From: Leucoraja erinacea
Taxonomy: Eukaryota
Reading direction: 5' to 3'
DNA length: 64,000 nucleotides
Assembly: GCF_028641065.1 (NCBI RefSeq)
Contig: NC_073383.1
Coordinates: 23,870,001 to 23,934,000 of the forward strand
Part shown: positions 37,131-51,284 of the stretch, piece after piece
Layout of the letters: each line of letters begins with the position of its first letter
Position numbering within the stretch: position 1 is the first letter of the stretch
Notes under the pieces: model-generated
What the model was told of the DNA's origin: nothing
Seen by the model: only the letters and a program-made list of their open reading frames with translations
Database searches by the model: none
Translations under genes and position numbers: made by a program

Positions 37131-37577
37131 CCTGGTCCACCAGCACCACACGCTGAATGTAGTCATGTTTTTCCATTTCGCTAGCTAATTCTCTTTTACT
37201 TTCACGGATTCACTCCTCAAAACATTTTGACTTTTTTATGTAGACATTTTTAATTAAATCCTTCCCCCCCCCCCCCCCCCCCCCCCCAACGCCTGCTGAC
37301 GCCCGGCGCTGCTCCAAAGACGCCGACATTTTTCCCTACCGCTGGTGCCCGGCCCGGCTCTGTCACGCTGCCTCAAGCCAAACATCGGATCTTCAATCTT
37401 CAGCGGGGGAACAGCCAGCGCGACAGAGCCGCCGTCTCAGAAGTGCCGAGGATGCGAGGCCTCACAGTCTCTAATCGCACCGCTTTCACTGACTTTTTAT
37501 TCCACAGTGAGTTCAGTTCGGTAACAACAATTTGGCTCAAATCCAAAGCATTGCTCAAGAAAGCCCAGTTAGGTAAA

Positions 37578-38935
37578 GTCATAAAGTGATACAGTGTGGA
37601 AACAGGCCCTTCGGCCCAACTTGCCCATACCGACCAACAATGTCCCAGCTACACTAGTCCCACTGGTCCATATCCCTTCAAACCTGTCCTATCCATGTAC
37701 CTGTCTAACTGTTTCTTAAACGATGGGATAGTCCCAGACTCAACTACCTTCTCTGGCAGCTTGTTCCACACATCCACCACCCTTTGTGTGAAAAAATTAC
37801 CCCTCGGATTCCTATTAAATCTTTTCCCCTTCACCTTGAACCTATGTCCTCTGGTCCTCGATTCCCCTACTCTGGGCAAAAGACTCTGTGCATCTACCCG
37901 ATCTATTCCTCTCATGATTTTGTACATCTCTATAAGATCACCCCTCATCCTCCTGCGCTCCATGGAATAGAGACCCAGCCTACTCAACCTCTTCCTAAAA
38001 CTCACACCCTCCAGTCCTGGCAACATCCTCGTTAATCTTTTCTGAACCCTTTCAAGCTTGAAAATATCTTTCCTATAACATAGTGCCCAGAACTGAACAC
38101 AATATTCTAAATGTGATCTCGCCAATGTCTTATACAACTACAACATGACTTCCCAACTTCTTTACTCAATACTCTGACTGATGAAGGCCAAAATGCCAAA
38201 AGCCTTTTTGACCACCTTATCCACCTGCGACTCGACCTTCAAGGAACCATGCACCTGTACTCCTAGATCCCTCTGCTCCACAACACTACCCAGAGGCCTA
38301 CCATCTACTGCGTAGGTCCTGCCCTTGTTCTACATCCCAAATTCCAACACCTTACACTTCTCTGTATTAAATTCCATCAACCATTCCTCCGCGCACCTGG
38401 CCAATCGATCCAGATCCTGCTGCAATCTTTCACAACCATCGTCACCATCTGCAAAACCATTCACTTTGGTATCATCAGCAAACTTGCTAATCTTGCCCTG
38501 TATGTTCCCATCCAAATCATTAATGAAGATAACAAACAGTAATGGGCCCAGCACCGAACCCTGAGGCACACCATTATTCACAGGCCTCCAGTCCGAGAAG
38601 CAACCTTCCACCATAACCCTCTGCTTCCTTCCATGAAGCCAATTTGCTATCCATTCAGGTATCTCTCCTTGGATCCCATGCGATCTAACCTTCCAGAGCA
38701 GCCTAACATGCGGACTGTGTCGAATGCCTTACTGAAATCCATGTACACAACATCTACAGCTCTGCCTTCATCGACCCTTTTGATTAAAAAAAATCAATCA
38801 GATTTGTGAGACATGACTTGCCAAGTACAAAACCATGCTGACTATTCCTAATCAGCCCTTGCCCAACCAAATGCCTGTATAACCTATCCCTCAGAATACT
38901 CTCTAGTAACTTTCCAACCACAGATGTTAAACTCA
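37578..38935 (-). mobile_element. CR1 (HER1-like) LINE, 5'-truncated
   Basis: QHGFVLGKSCLTNL, GVPQGSVLGP, KFADDTK, HLEYCVQFW. Confidence 0.92.
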
Positions 38936-39499
38936 GATAGTAACATTGGTTAATAAATTTCCTTGGGATCTCAGCAAATGCTAAATTTGATTTCTGTTTG
39001 AAGTCCATGATGTGTTTGCAGTTCTCTCATTTAAATATGTGAAATTCAAAACACAATAAACACGAAACCCAACCTACATTCACATTTAGGCTCTGAAATG
39101 ATATTTAATACTAAACCTATTGACCTAAATAATTTCCTTCTTTATTCATCTGCATACACAAACAAATTCCTGATTTTTTACATATTTTAAATCTCAAATG
39201 TTAGTCCTGTATGAAAATCCCACATCCTGATAAATCTACATGTGCAGAGCATCTTGCTTTCTATTCTAAATTTCTGGGTGTTGCATTGTGTAAAATGCTT
39301 TTCATTGTAGATGCTTTAACAATCGGACACTGTGTGTTGCGATTTACTCTATCCCACCCATTTATAATTTGACATACTCCTAGCCTGTTGACTTCTAATA
39401 AAAATATTGCTTTGATGGTTTTCTTTCTGAGATTTTGGATTCTCAGTGAATGCTATTTTTATTCCTTCCTCGTTCTAATCAACTTCTTCCCTGATTCTA

Positions 39500-39715
39500 G
39501 CACTCATCTACACACAGGGGACAATTTACAGCGGCCAATTAACATACACTCCACACGTCTCTGGGACGTGGGAGGAAACTAGAACACTCAGAGAAACCAA
39601 CAGCGTCATCGGGAGAACATTTAAAAACTCCACATGTACAGTATTTGAGGTTAGGATTAAACCTGGGTGTTTCGCTCTGTGAGGCTGAGGCTCTATTAGC
39701 TGTGTCACTGTGCTG
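39500..39715 (-). mobile_element. Decayed V-SINE
   Basis: ggacaatttaca...gtgggaggaaact...ggattaaacctggg. Confidence 0.6.
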
Positions 39716-40209
39716 TTCTCAAATTCTTTTCTAAATAGGAATAAACTTTATTACTTGTGATATCGGATGTTCTTAAGGCAAATTAAATGAATTCAATAAT
39801 TTCAGGTTTGGCATCCTCACGTGTACCAATGCACAGCAAAAGTCTTGTTTTGCATTCTTTCCGAAAAGATCAGATATAACATAATGCATAAAACCAAGTC
39901 AAACTCAAGTAAAATGGAACGAGCAAAGGGGAAGACGAGGAGTGCAGAATATTGTGGCACATTGTAGTGCATCTGTTCCATAGTCAAAGTCCAATGTCCT
40001 CACTAATGAATCGGAGAGCACCATAATTAATGGAAGTACTGTTCAGAAGCCTGATAACAGAAGTTGTTTCTATCTGATGGTGCACACTTTCAAGCTTCTG
40101 TATCTTCTACCAGAGAGAAGCAAATGGAAGGAATAACCAGGGTGGGAGGTCTCTTTGATTATGTTCGGAGTGTGTCACCAACCAGGTCAGCTCCCGATGT
40201 TACCATCCA

Positions 40210-40295
40210 ATTTAATCAATTTTAGAATAAGGCTGGAACGTAACAAAATGTGGAAAAAGTGAAGGGGTCTGTCTGAATACTTTCTGAATGCACTG
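40210..40295 (+). mobile_element. Right-end remnant of a Tc1 element
   Basis: acaaaatgtggaaaaagtgaaggggtct...gaatactttctgaatgcactg|ta. Confidence 0.7.
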
Positions 40296-42470
40296 TATAC
40301 TTGTAATAAATTAAGTTAAACACAGGAAAAAGTTGGATTGCACCCATTTTTGGTGTATAAAAACACAAATGATTTAAATGCCAAAGCACAGTTAGCTTTC
40401 TTGCAAAAAAATTGCAAAATTGCAAAATTAGTTAAAATCTAGTCTGAAGTGCCACAGGAGTGATTGACATAGGATCTGCATGTTCTCAAAGGCATCTCAA
40501 TTTCACAAATCTCACAACAATTTTCTGCAGACCAACCAGAATGCCTATCCTTAATGCGACTCTGCAACGACTTGTAATTCAAACAACCAAGATCAAAACA
40601 GGCTGCATAAAGTGATAGATATTGCCTAGTTGATAAGGGTGTTGACCTCACTACCATCAAAGCGATCTGAAGAGAGTGCTACTTCAAGATGGCAGCTAAT
40701 ATAATCAACGTCCCACACCATCCTTGCCAGGCTCTCATCTTGCTGCTACATCATGACAACGGTGCAGGAGCCTGGGAACCATTACCTCCAAGTCCAAGAA
40801 CAGCTTCATCTCAACGATAGACTTTGTATAAGGTTGTATTAGGTACTTTGGTTTGCACTATTATGGTCCGGTTTACTTACTGACAATTTATTGTATATTT
40901 ATTTGTTGAGTTGATATATTTAATGTGCCAGCAAAGTTGCAGAAATTAAGAATTTTATTGTTCCAGTCTCATTGCATATGACAAATAAGCACCCTTGATT
41001 CTTGACAGGTTTGTGGTAAATATGTACACTTGCATGGAATGTGGTTAATGAAGTTTGGTTGGTTTTGGCAATAGAACACAATGTGGAATTAAGATATCAC
41101 AAAACCCACGAAAATAATTAAAGTACATTTAGGGAGTTAAATTCATTAGTCCCCAAAAATAAAGCCAACTTTGAGATACCTGTAATGTATTCAATGTTCA
41201 GTAACTGCTCGTCACATCAGCATATGGACCAGTACTATACATGGCCTGGCCAATTCAGGTTAAAGCTTGTTTGCATTGCCACATTACTTAAAGGGGAGGT
41301 GCACTGTGCATAAAACAAATGCTGGCCATCATGCCATGTGAAACAGACCTGGAAAACATTAAAGCAAGATGCAATATGGATAAAATCAGAGTTCCAAGAT
41401 TTGTTAAGAATATTAAATAACCGTGTTCAGAATAATCTGATTGTTCTCTTGCAGAGATGTAATGAAGGAATCAAATGCAATGTTGATTTTCATTGTAATG
41501 GGGTTGGAAAGCAAGAATACAGATCCTTTTCTGCAACTGCATATGGCTTTTCTGTGACAGCATTTGGAGTATTGTGCCCTGTTTTGTTTACTCCAACCAC
41601 TGATTCCATTGAAGACAATACTGATTTACTAAATTGATTCCAGGGATGTGAAGTTATCTTATGAAGACAGACTGAGAAGACTGGGCCTACAATGTACAGA
41701 GAATAGATGAAAGAAAGATGATCCCATTGAATTATAAGGTTCTAAGGAAAATTAACTGGGAAGATTCTATGAGGATGTTTTGCCCAGTTGGTGAATCGAG
41801 AACTAAGGACATACTCTCCACATCAACAGTTGTCTATATATGACTGAAATTATGAAGTGTTTCTAATCTTGGAGGACTACAAATCCACCTCGGATGTTGT
41901 GGTTGGTGAGTCATTTGGAAATATTTAAGGTAGAGATGGATTTTAAGGCTGTCTGGGAATCATGTAGGAACATGCTGTTGGGGCCAAAGTCAGTTCAGCC
42001 ATGATACTAAACACCAGAACAAGACGAAAGGCCCATGCTTCCTGCTCCAGCTTGTTATTTCATATTTTATTTCAAGAGGCCCAAGGATTTTGGATGCTTG
42101 AACAGCAGAGAAATGTGTTGCATCTGCATCAGATGGGAAGTCAACCAGTTCTATGCTCAGATTGTAGTGAATGCCAAGAATTACACCACAAGAACCTTAA
42201 TGTAGTCTATATTACTAAAAGTAAGATCTTGACCACTTCATGTTTTTTGTTTCATGATTTAAAAAAATAAACGCTGCCACTTACAGCTGTGATTTTTGGC
42301 CAGCTTACTCAGTCCCCCTCCGCTGCGCAGGATAAGAGGATTTTTCCCATCGATGAAACATAAAAGAGTCATTAATGTTTAAAAAATGTTGACATTCTCT
42401 CTGCTGCCCTTGCTGGTGGGAGGAGGAGAGAAGTAAAATGCACTGCAAATGGCTGGTGGGATTTTGGGTT

Positions 42471-45245
42471 AGACAATAGACAATAGATAATAGGTGCAGG
42501 AGTAGGCCATTCGGCCCTTCGAACCAGCATCGCCATTCAATGTGATCACGGCTGATCATCCCCAATCAGTACCCCGTTTCTGCCTTCTCCCCATATCCCC
42601 TGACTCCGCTATTTTTAAGAGCCCTATCTAGCTCTCTCTTGAAACCATGCAGAGAACCCGCCTCCACCGCCTTCTGAGGCAAGAATTCCACAGATTCACC
42701 ACTCTCTGTGAGAAAAAGTGTTTCCTCATCTCCGTTCTAAATGGCTTACTCCTTATTCTTAAACTGTGGCCCCTGGTTCTGGACTCCCCCAGCATCGGGA
42801 ACATATTTCCTGCCTCTAGCGTGTCCAAACCCTTAACAATCTTATAGGTTTCAATGAGAATCCCTCTCATCCTTCTAAACTCCAGTGTACAAGCCCAGCT
42901 GCTCCATTCTCTCAGCATATGACAGTCCCGCCAGCCCGGGAATTGGCCTTGTAAACCTACGCTGCACTCCACAATAGCACGAATGTCCTTCCTCAAATTA
43001 GGGGACCAAAAATGAACACAATACTTCAGGTGTGGTCTCACTAGGGCTTGGTACAACTGCAGAAGGACCTCTATGCTCCTATATTCGATTCCTCTAGTTA
43101 TAAAGGCCAACATGCCATTCGCTTTCTTCACTGCCTGCTGTACCTGCATGCTTACTTTCATAGACTGATGTACAAGGACCCCCAGATCCCGTTGTACTTC
43201 CCCTTTTCCCAACTTGATGCCATTTAGATAGTAATCTGCCTTCCTGTTTTTGCTACCAAAGTGGATAACCTCACATTTATCCGCATTAAACTTAATCTGC
43301 CATGCATCCGCCCACTTTCCCAACCTGTCCAAGTCACCCTGCACTCTCATAGCATCCTCCTCACAGTTCACACTGCCACCCAGCTTTGTGTCATCTGCAT
43401 ATTTGCTAATGTTACTTTGAATCCCTTCATCGAAATCATTGATGTATATTGTAAATAGCTGCGGTCCTAGCACAGAGCCTTGCGGTACACCACTAGTCAC
43501 TGCCTGCCATTCAGAAAGGGACCCGTTAATCCCTACTCTTTGTTTCCTGTCTGCCAACCACTTCTCTATCCATGTAAGCACCCAACTCCCAATACCATGT
43601 GCCCTAATTTTGCCCACTAATCTCCTATGTGGGACCTTATCAAATGCTTTTTGAAAGTCCAGGTACACTACATCCACTGGCTCTCCCATGTCCATTTTCC
43701 TAGTTACCTCTTCAAAAATTCCAGAAGATTAGTCAAGCATGATTTCCCCTTCGTAAATCCATGCTGACTCGGACCGATCCAGTTACTGTTATCCAAATGT
43801 GCGGCTATCTCATCTTTTATAATTGACTCCAGCATCTTCCCCACCACCGATGTCAGGCTAACTGGTCTATAATTCCCGGTTTTCTCTCTCCCACCTTTCT
43901 TAAAAAGTGGGATAACATTAGCTAACCTCCAATCCACAGGAACTGATCCTAAGTCAATAGAACTTTGGAAAATTATCATCAACGCATCCACGATTTCTAG
44001 AGCCACTTCCTTAGGTACCCGGGGATGCAGGTCATCAAGTCCTCGGGGTTTATCAGCCTTCAGTCCCATCCGTCTATCCAACACCATTTCCTGCCTAATG
44101 TGGATTTCCTTCAGTTACTCCGTCACCCCAGATCCTCTGGCCACTACTATATCAGGAAGATTGTTTGTGGCCTCCTTAGTGAAGACAGATCCAAAGTATC
44201 TGTTCAACTCATCTGCCATTTCCTTGTTCCCCATAATAAATTCACCTTTTTTGGTCTTCAAGGGTCCAACTTTGGTCTTAACTATTTTTTTCCTCTTCAC
44301 ATACCTAAAGAAGCTTTTACTATCCTGTTTTATATTCTTGGCTAGCTTACCTTCATACCTCATCTTTTCTCCCCGTATTGTCTTTTTGGTTATCTTCTGT
44401 TGTTCTTTAAACATTACCCAATCCTCTTGCTTCCCGCTCATCTTTGCTACGTTGGACTTCTTCGCTTTAATTTTTATACTGTCCCTGACGTCCCTTGTCA
44501 GCCATGGTTGTCCCTTTCTCCCCTTGGAATCTCTCTTCCTCCTAGGAATGAACGGATCCTGCACCGTATTATTCCTAGAAACACCTGCCATTTTTGTTCC
44601 ACTGTCATTCCTGCTAGTGTATCTTTCCAGTCAACTTTGGCCAGCTCCTCCCTCATGGCTCCATAGTCCCCTTTATTCAACTGCAACACTGAGACCCCCA
44701 ATCTACCCTTCTGCCTCTCCAATTGTAGATTAAACCTGACCATGTTATGGTCACTGCCTCCTAATGGCCCATTAACCTCGAGGTCCTTGATCAAATCCGG
44801 TTCATTACATTACACTAAATCCAGAATTGCCTTCTCTCTGGTAGGCTCCAATACAAGCTGTTCTCAGAATCCATCACAAAGGCACTCTACAAAGTCCCTT
44901 TCTTGGGGTCCAGAACCTGATTTGCCCAGTCTACCTGTAAGTTGAAATCTCCCATAACAACCACAGCATTGCTTTCACTACATGCCAATTTTAACTCCTG
45001 ATTCAACTTGCACCCTATGTCTAGGCTACTGTTTGGGGGCCTGTAGATTAGTCCCATTAGGGTCTTTTCACCCTTACAATTTCTTTGTTCTATCCATACT
45101 GACTCCACATCTCCTGTTTCAATGTCACCCCTTGCAAGGGACTGAATTTCATTCCTCACCAACAGGGCAACCCCACCCCCTCTGCCCACCTGTCTGTCTT
45201 TTCGATAGGAGGTATCCCCTTGAATATTCAGTTCAGTTCAGTTCA
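42471..45245 (-). mobile_element. CR1 LINE, 2.8 kb, APE endonuclease through RT to 3' tail
   Basis: GGGVALL, IYRPPN, MGDFN, GSDHN, NYRPVSLTS, YLDFQKAFDKVPH, GVPQGS, YADD. (agacaat)n tail. gggtt duplicated at both junctions. Confidence 0.95.
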
Positions 45246-46010
45246 GGGTTGAAGTGTAAAGCACAGCAAATGGCTGGTGGGGTTTTGGGTTGAAGTGTAA
45301 AGCACTGCAAATGGCTGGTGGGGTTTTGGGTTGAAGTAAAAAGCACTGCACATGGCTGGTGGTCTAAACTTGACAGCTTCCTGTTTGCACTGTATATTGA
45401 TTTTAGATAAAATGCTACCACTTACGGCTGTGATGTTTGGCCATCTTACTCATCAGGTGCAGAGGATTCTTCCCATCAATGAAAAATAAAAGTGTTATTA
45501 GTGTTTAAAAAATGTTGAGAATCTCTCTCCTGTCAATCACGCCGTGAAGGCCACACCTTTTCTGCTGGGAGGGATTATAAAACCCGGAATTGTGGGTGTG
45601 GCTCAGGTTCTGCATGATGGGGGAGAGCGAGGTCACGACTGTCTGAGCTGTGAATCAACTGAACACACTGAATGTCTAGTGAACTGTTAGTGTGGTGTTT
45701 TGTGTGGTTTTATGGTGGTTTCACCTTGCTTGAAATGGTATGAAACTGCATTTGAATGTGGTGGCCTTGCACCCTGCTTGAAGTGGTATGAAACTGCACT
45801 TGAATTTGGTGGCCTTGCACCCTGCTTAAAGTGGTATGAAACTGCACTTGAATTCGGTGGACTTGCACCCTGCTTGAAGTGGTATGAAACTGCACTTGAA
45901 TTTGGTGGCCTTGCACCCTGCTTGAAGTGGTAGGAAACTGCACCTGAATTTGGTTGAAATGGTAGGAAAATGGATTTGAATTTGGTGGCCTTGCACCCGG
46001 TTTGAGATGG
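45246..46010. repeat. Minisatellites inside the Helitron: ~41-bp x3 (45246-45362) and 45-bp x~6 (45712-46010)
   Basis: gaagtgtaaagcactgcaaatggctggtgggggttttgggtt and ccttgcaccctgcttgaagtggtatgaaactgcacttgaatttggtgg units. Confidence 0.9.
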
Positions 46011-47758
46011 AATTTCAAGGAATAGCCGTGAGTGAACTGCCAGCCCGCCGGCCGTGAGTGAGCTGCCAGCACATCAGGCTTGAGGGACTGAGCTGCCACT
46101 CCAAGAATCCATTTGGTCCACAATGTCCATACTAGCCCTTTGGAGACCAGTCCCTTCAGCCCACAACACCCATACCAGCGCTCCGGAAAGCCCCCCCCCC
46201 TCCCCCACTGGCCACCAATATTGGAATTGGTGTAGCGGTGGAATATTGTGTTGGGGGACCAGCCCTCCCGTGTGAACATGGGACTCAACGGGTCCCACTT
46301 AGTCTAGTACTATAATAAATTGAAGGATACCACAAAAGAGGTTTCTTTGCATGTACCTGACGATCTCTACTAAAACCCTCAGATGCATCCCAATTTACCA
46401 CGTCTTTTCATGAACATAATCAATGACATCCATCCAACAGGACTCCGATTTAATCCTTGAATATATCTTTGTACCCTGAGCACAACTGCAAGCGTCTCTG
46501 CTACATTTTGCACACACGATTATCTTGACAACCACATTACTCAAACTGATTGCATGGCACACACTGCATAATTCCCTCTATCCGGCAGGAACTTGGTACT
46601 ATGTAACCATAAATAGCAGAAATTAAACAGAGGGGGGCATGCTTGTCGTCCTGTTCTAACTTTGCAGAGGAGATATGCTGGCCGTATCTAGGACAGCTGT
46701 TGAGTGAGGCTGATGCAACATAAAATTATGTTAACCTCTTACCTAATCCTCTTTTTTAAATTTAATTTAGAGACAAGATTGGCATGTGGCGAGATTTTGC
46801 ACATACTGTGTGTGCGCTTACCAGTAAAGAATGAAGGCTTGTATAACAGCAGATGGTGCCTTGCCAGAGGACAAGGTCACACACAAGTTCTGCTGCTGAT
46901 GATTCAGCTATTAAAGTCAACCTGGACTTTAAGTTAACGGCAACAGAAGATGTGCATAACTATTGGTACATTTTATTGCCTGCCTGATAGCCTGCAGTGT
47001 CAAAAAGCATGAAGAATCTGGCAGAAACTTTACACAAGGCTTTTCTAGAACTTAAAACTGACCCTTCCCAGTATGGAAATGGTTGCCAACTTTGTTTGTG
47101 CAGTGCAACACCTGATCGTTAGTATTTTCTTTGCAATATATCAACAGCTACATAATATATGAACGCTACAGTAGAAACTCAGGTTATTGCCATCACCTCT
47201 ATGATTGCAGCATGCAAAGAGACTTGTACGATGATGTGGTGCCATAGCAAGGGATGGCAGTGGTGCCATGGAACACATGTCTGTATTCTTCGCTCAGGAG
47301 GACAGTATTTGTCATTCCCTTAGTGCCACTGGATTTTTCGTTGCCAATAAGGCAGCAGCGTAGATTCCTATCACTGATACTGAGTTATAATAGTCCACAG
47401 ATCGGGCCAGGAAACTCAAGATCAAGGCCAGGAAACTCATGATCATTCTTCAAGGCCATTGACAATTTTTATTAGTGAAATGTGGCAGCCTACACAGATA
47501 GCCCAGCAGAAAATTGACAGTAATATTATATCGTCTAGCTTTCTTTCTCTTTTTTCCAGCTCTTCCACCTCGTTATAATCAGCAACTTGGGATATGATTA
47601 AAAGCAAATGCTATCCATTACGAAGGTGTCAATACAGCATAGAACAATCCATTATAAAACATGGACTCCCATTCAGACGAGAATTGCAAGGCTCCTGAAC
47701 TGTGGCATCATTGGAAACGTTCCTTGGACGCTCTTCTCCCCTCTCGTTGCATCTCGTT

Positions 47759-48052
47759 GGGCAGCACGGTGACGTAATGGTAGAGTTGCTGCCTTGCAGC
47801 ACCAGAGTCCCTGGATCGATCCCAATTACAGATGCTGTCTCTATGGAGTTTGTGCGTTCCCCCAGTGACCGTGTGGGTTTTCTCCGAGAACTTTGGTTTC
47901 CACCCACGCTCCAAAGATGTACAGGTTTGTAGGTTAATTGGCTCGGTATAAGTGTAAATTGTCCTTAGTGTGTGTAGGATAGCGTTAATGTGTGGGGACT
48001 CGGTGGCCTGAAGGGCCTTTTACTCTAAACTTACTGTTACTCTATCTCTAAA
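47759..48052 (+). mobile_element. V-SINE (HE1-like)
   Basis: gggcagcacggtg..ggtagagttgctgcc head, V-domain and tail. Confidence 0.85.
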
Positions 48053-48053
48053 C

Positions 48054-48385
48054 TCTCCCATCAGGCAAGAGGTACAGAAAATGTATTCTCCAGATTCAGA
48101 GACAATTTCTTCCCAACTGTTATCAGGCATCCTATCATGAACCATCCTATCACCAACTAGAGAACGGGCCTGAGCTACTATCTACTTCATTAAAGACCCT
48201 CGGACTATCTTCAATCAGACTTAACTGGACTTTATTGCACTAAACGTTATTCCCTTTATCCTGTATCTGTACACTGTGCACGGCTTGATTGTAATCATGT
48301 TCAGTCTTTCCGCTGACTGGATAGCAAGCAACAAAAAAGCTTTTCACTGTACCTCAGTCCATGTGACAATAAACTAAACTAAACT
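48054..48385 (+). mobile_element. Rex1/Babar-like LINE 3' end
   Basis: LPSGKRYR...SRFRDNFFPTVIR coding remnant, ending gtgacaat(aaact)n. Confidence 0.65.
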
Positions 48386-49509
48386 ATTTCCACGCTGTAT
48401 CTCGAAAACTAAAAATTAAAATTTAATATTTCTCCTCATTGGCATTTCCAATATCCCAAGAATCAGACGAACTTTTGCTGAACTTCATCCATGCCAAATG
48501 TAATCTTTCTCAAATAAGACAACTAAAACTGCACACCATACTCCAAGTGTAGTCTCGCCGAAGCCCAGTATAATTGTGGGAATATATCCTTGCCCCATTA
48601 TTCACAGGTCAATATATCATTTGCATTCTTAGCTGTTTGTTACATCAGCATTTTTTAATGATGACTGTGTAGGAATATTCAAGATGCTTTGTCATCAACA
48701 TGTCTCAATCTAGTACCGATTGCAAATACTGTGATTTTTATCCCAGAAGGTGGATAACCATATTTATTCACATTATACTGCAAATGTGATATTTTGCCCA
48801 TTTGAGCAATTAAGCACTTTGAAAGTTTCCTTACAATTCATAATCTCACCTATCTAATGTCATTAGAAAATGATGAAATATTTTGTCTGTTTCTCTAATT
48901 TAAATTATACATTTTTACTAATAGCTGAGGCCTATACTGACCTACTAGGTGCAACTTATCAGCCAGACAAGGTTCAATTCATTCCTATTCTTTCTTTCGA
49001 GCCTGTCAACCAATTTTCAATCCATGCTAATATATAGCCTCCTGGCTTATGCGCTTTAATTTTGCACAATAGTTTTTATGGGACATTGTTAAAAGCTGTT
49101 TGAAAATCTGCTTTATCTAATCTAACAGTTACCAGCACAAAAACAGCAGTAGGTTTGTCAATCATTTCCTCTTTCAGAAATCCGTGTTGACTTTGTCTAA
49201 TCCTGTTGTTTCATCTTTTATAATAGCCTCTAGCATTTCCCCCTGTGATCTATGTTAGACTAACAGTATAATTCTATCAAGATCAAAATTAAGTTCTGTT
49301 GTGTAGTCTCAGTGGACTATTATTATCTCTCTGTATTACTGATAGATATTGCAAATAAACTCAACTTCAGAAGAACAATATGATTACAACCTTGATGGTG
49401 CAGTATCTTTGACAGCAAGAGGTCAAGCTCTTAGTTGGGCCCACAACATATTCTCAATTTCAGTGAAGAAGCCCTAATTGAAGTTAAGTCTCACAAAATG
49501 ATGGAGATA

Positions 49510-49720
49510 AAACAAACTGCAAATGCTGATTTACAAAACAAAAGAACAAAGTGCTGGAGTAACTCAATAGGTCAGGATAGAACATGGATAGGTGATATTT
49601 TGGGTCAGGACCCTTCTTCAGAAAAAGGGTCTGCAGACAGTCCCGATATAAAACGTCACATATCCATGTTCTCCAGAGATGCTGCCTGACCACTGAGTTA
49701 CTCCAGTACTTTGATTTTGC
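49510..49720. mobile_element. Inverted (head-to-head) pair of Penelope-derived units
   Basis: gctggagtaactca...ggacccttcttcag followed by its mirror aagggtc...aaacgtcac...tgagttactccagt. Confidence 0.7.
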
Positions 49721-51284
49721 TTCTCACATAATGTTCCTTGTGGAGGTTTTGGCGACAGAATTTTCCTCTGTGGAATATCCATTGTGGGATCTTGAATCAT
49801 TTTAGTTGTGGGAGTTCTGAGAGCAACTGACGTGCAAAGGCTTTGAAAAGAGCCAGAAGTCCTTCACCATCTTCCATGCTTCCATGCAACCTGTATAATA
49901 TGCAACTTGAAACAACTGTCAAATGCACTGATGGAATCATACTAATGGTTAGAAGAAAGATTTAATGGTTAGAAGAAAATAGCCTATAAATAATCAGAAT
50001 CTCTTAAATAATACCAAAGTGGATCCTGAATATGTGTTTGGCTGTGAAATGGTATAGGAAATTATTAGGAAAACTGAGGTCCAAAGTAGAGATGTTGGCA
50101 TTATACCAGCATGCAAATATCATGCCTGTTCTACACGTTTCCAGTGGATATTCATTCTGCCATGCACAAATTCTCTAATCAATATGGCATCTCAAGTACC
50201 TACATATCTTTATGCATTTTGCAGACATCATTTTATAAGTCCAAGGGCACTCCTAAAATTAGGTTGCAATCTGTGACCAATGGTTCACAATCCATAACAA
50301 TGTTTTGATTGAGAAAATCAAATTTAATGTACCCAGATTTGCTTATGATACAGAACAGTCTGGTAAAGCGTATTGTGATGAGAAGAAAGGGGGTATAGAC
50401 AAGAAAATGAATGGGGTGAGGAATTGAAGAATGTAATATAATGTGGAAAAACTTGAGATCATTCACTCTTATAAAGGAAAAAAAGTATTTTTGAAATGGA
50501 GAGAAATTGAAAAGTGCTGGTGTTAGGAGAAACCAAGATTCCTTATATACAAATTGCAGAAAAATAATGTGCTGGTACACAAGCAATTAGGAAAGTAGAT
50601 GGTAAATCGGCCATTTTTGGAAGAGGATTTGAGTAAGGAGCAAAGAAATGTCTCTGCAATTACACTGGACTCTGGTGAGACTGCATATGTAGTATCATGT
50701 ACATTGGAGAAAGAGTGCAATAATGGTTCAACAAATAAATTCCTGGGATAGGGGTTTATCTTTTAAGCAGAATTTAACTGGGCTGAATCCTCCAGAAATT
50801 AGAAGAATGAGTGATGATCACATTGAAGCAGGCAAAATTCATACAGGGCTTGTCTAACCTGGGATGATCTTAATTCTGGCTGGTTGCCCAGAACCAGGAG
50901 GGACAGAGAGCAATGAACCTTTGGAATTCTCTAGGCCAGACGCCAGTGGTTACTCAGTTGCTCAGTACACTAAAGGCAGATATTGTTAATTGTTGAATAT
51001 TAAAAGAATCAAGTGATAGGGTCATGGTGCAGGAAAGTGACACTGAGGTAAAAGATAAGCCATGATCTTTCTAAATGGCAGGCCAGGCTAAGAAGACCAA
51101 GTGGCCTGTTTTTTTCTATTTCTTTTATAAATGTGGGAAGATTAGGAGAAACTGATTAAATGTACTTTGGTACTGATATGGATTTATTATTGTCATGTGT
51201 GTTGAGGTATGGTGAAAAACATTGTTTGTGTTCTATCAAATCATACTGTAATGAGTATAATCAAACCATCACACAAGTATAATA

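Larger units (their letters stand above)
42206..46307 (+). mobile_element. Non-autonomous Helitron with minisatellites, interrupted by a CR1 LINE
   Basis: 5' TCtatattactaaaag. 3' hairpin gggactc-aac-gggtccc, then acttagtCTAG|t. Internal repeat 42228-42410 resembles 45369-45535. Confidence 0.7.

Noticed and set aside
36847-37184. ORFs spanning X runs
   Set aside because: Artefacts of the N gap.
45700-46010. 45-bp tandem array and repetitive ORFs 45700-45933 and 45710-46288 as a CRISPR array or repeat protein
   Set aside because: Head-to-tail units with no unique spacers, eukaryotic context, inside a Helitron. The ORFs arise because the unit length is a multiple of 3.
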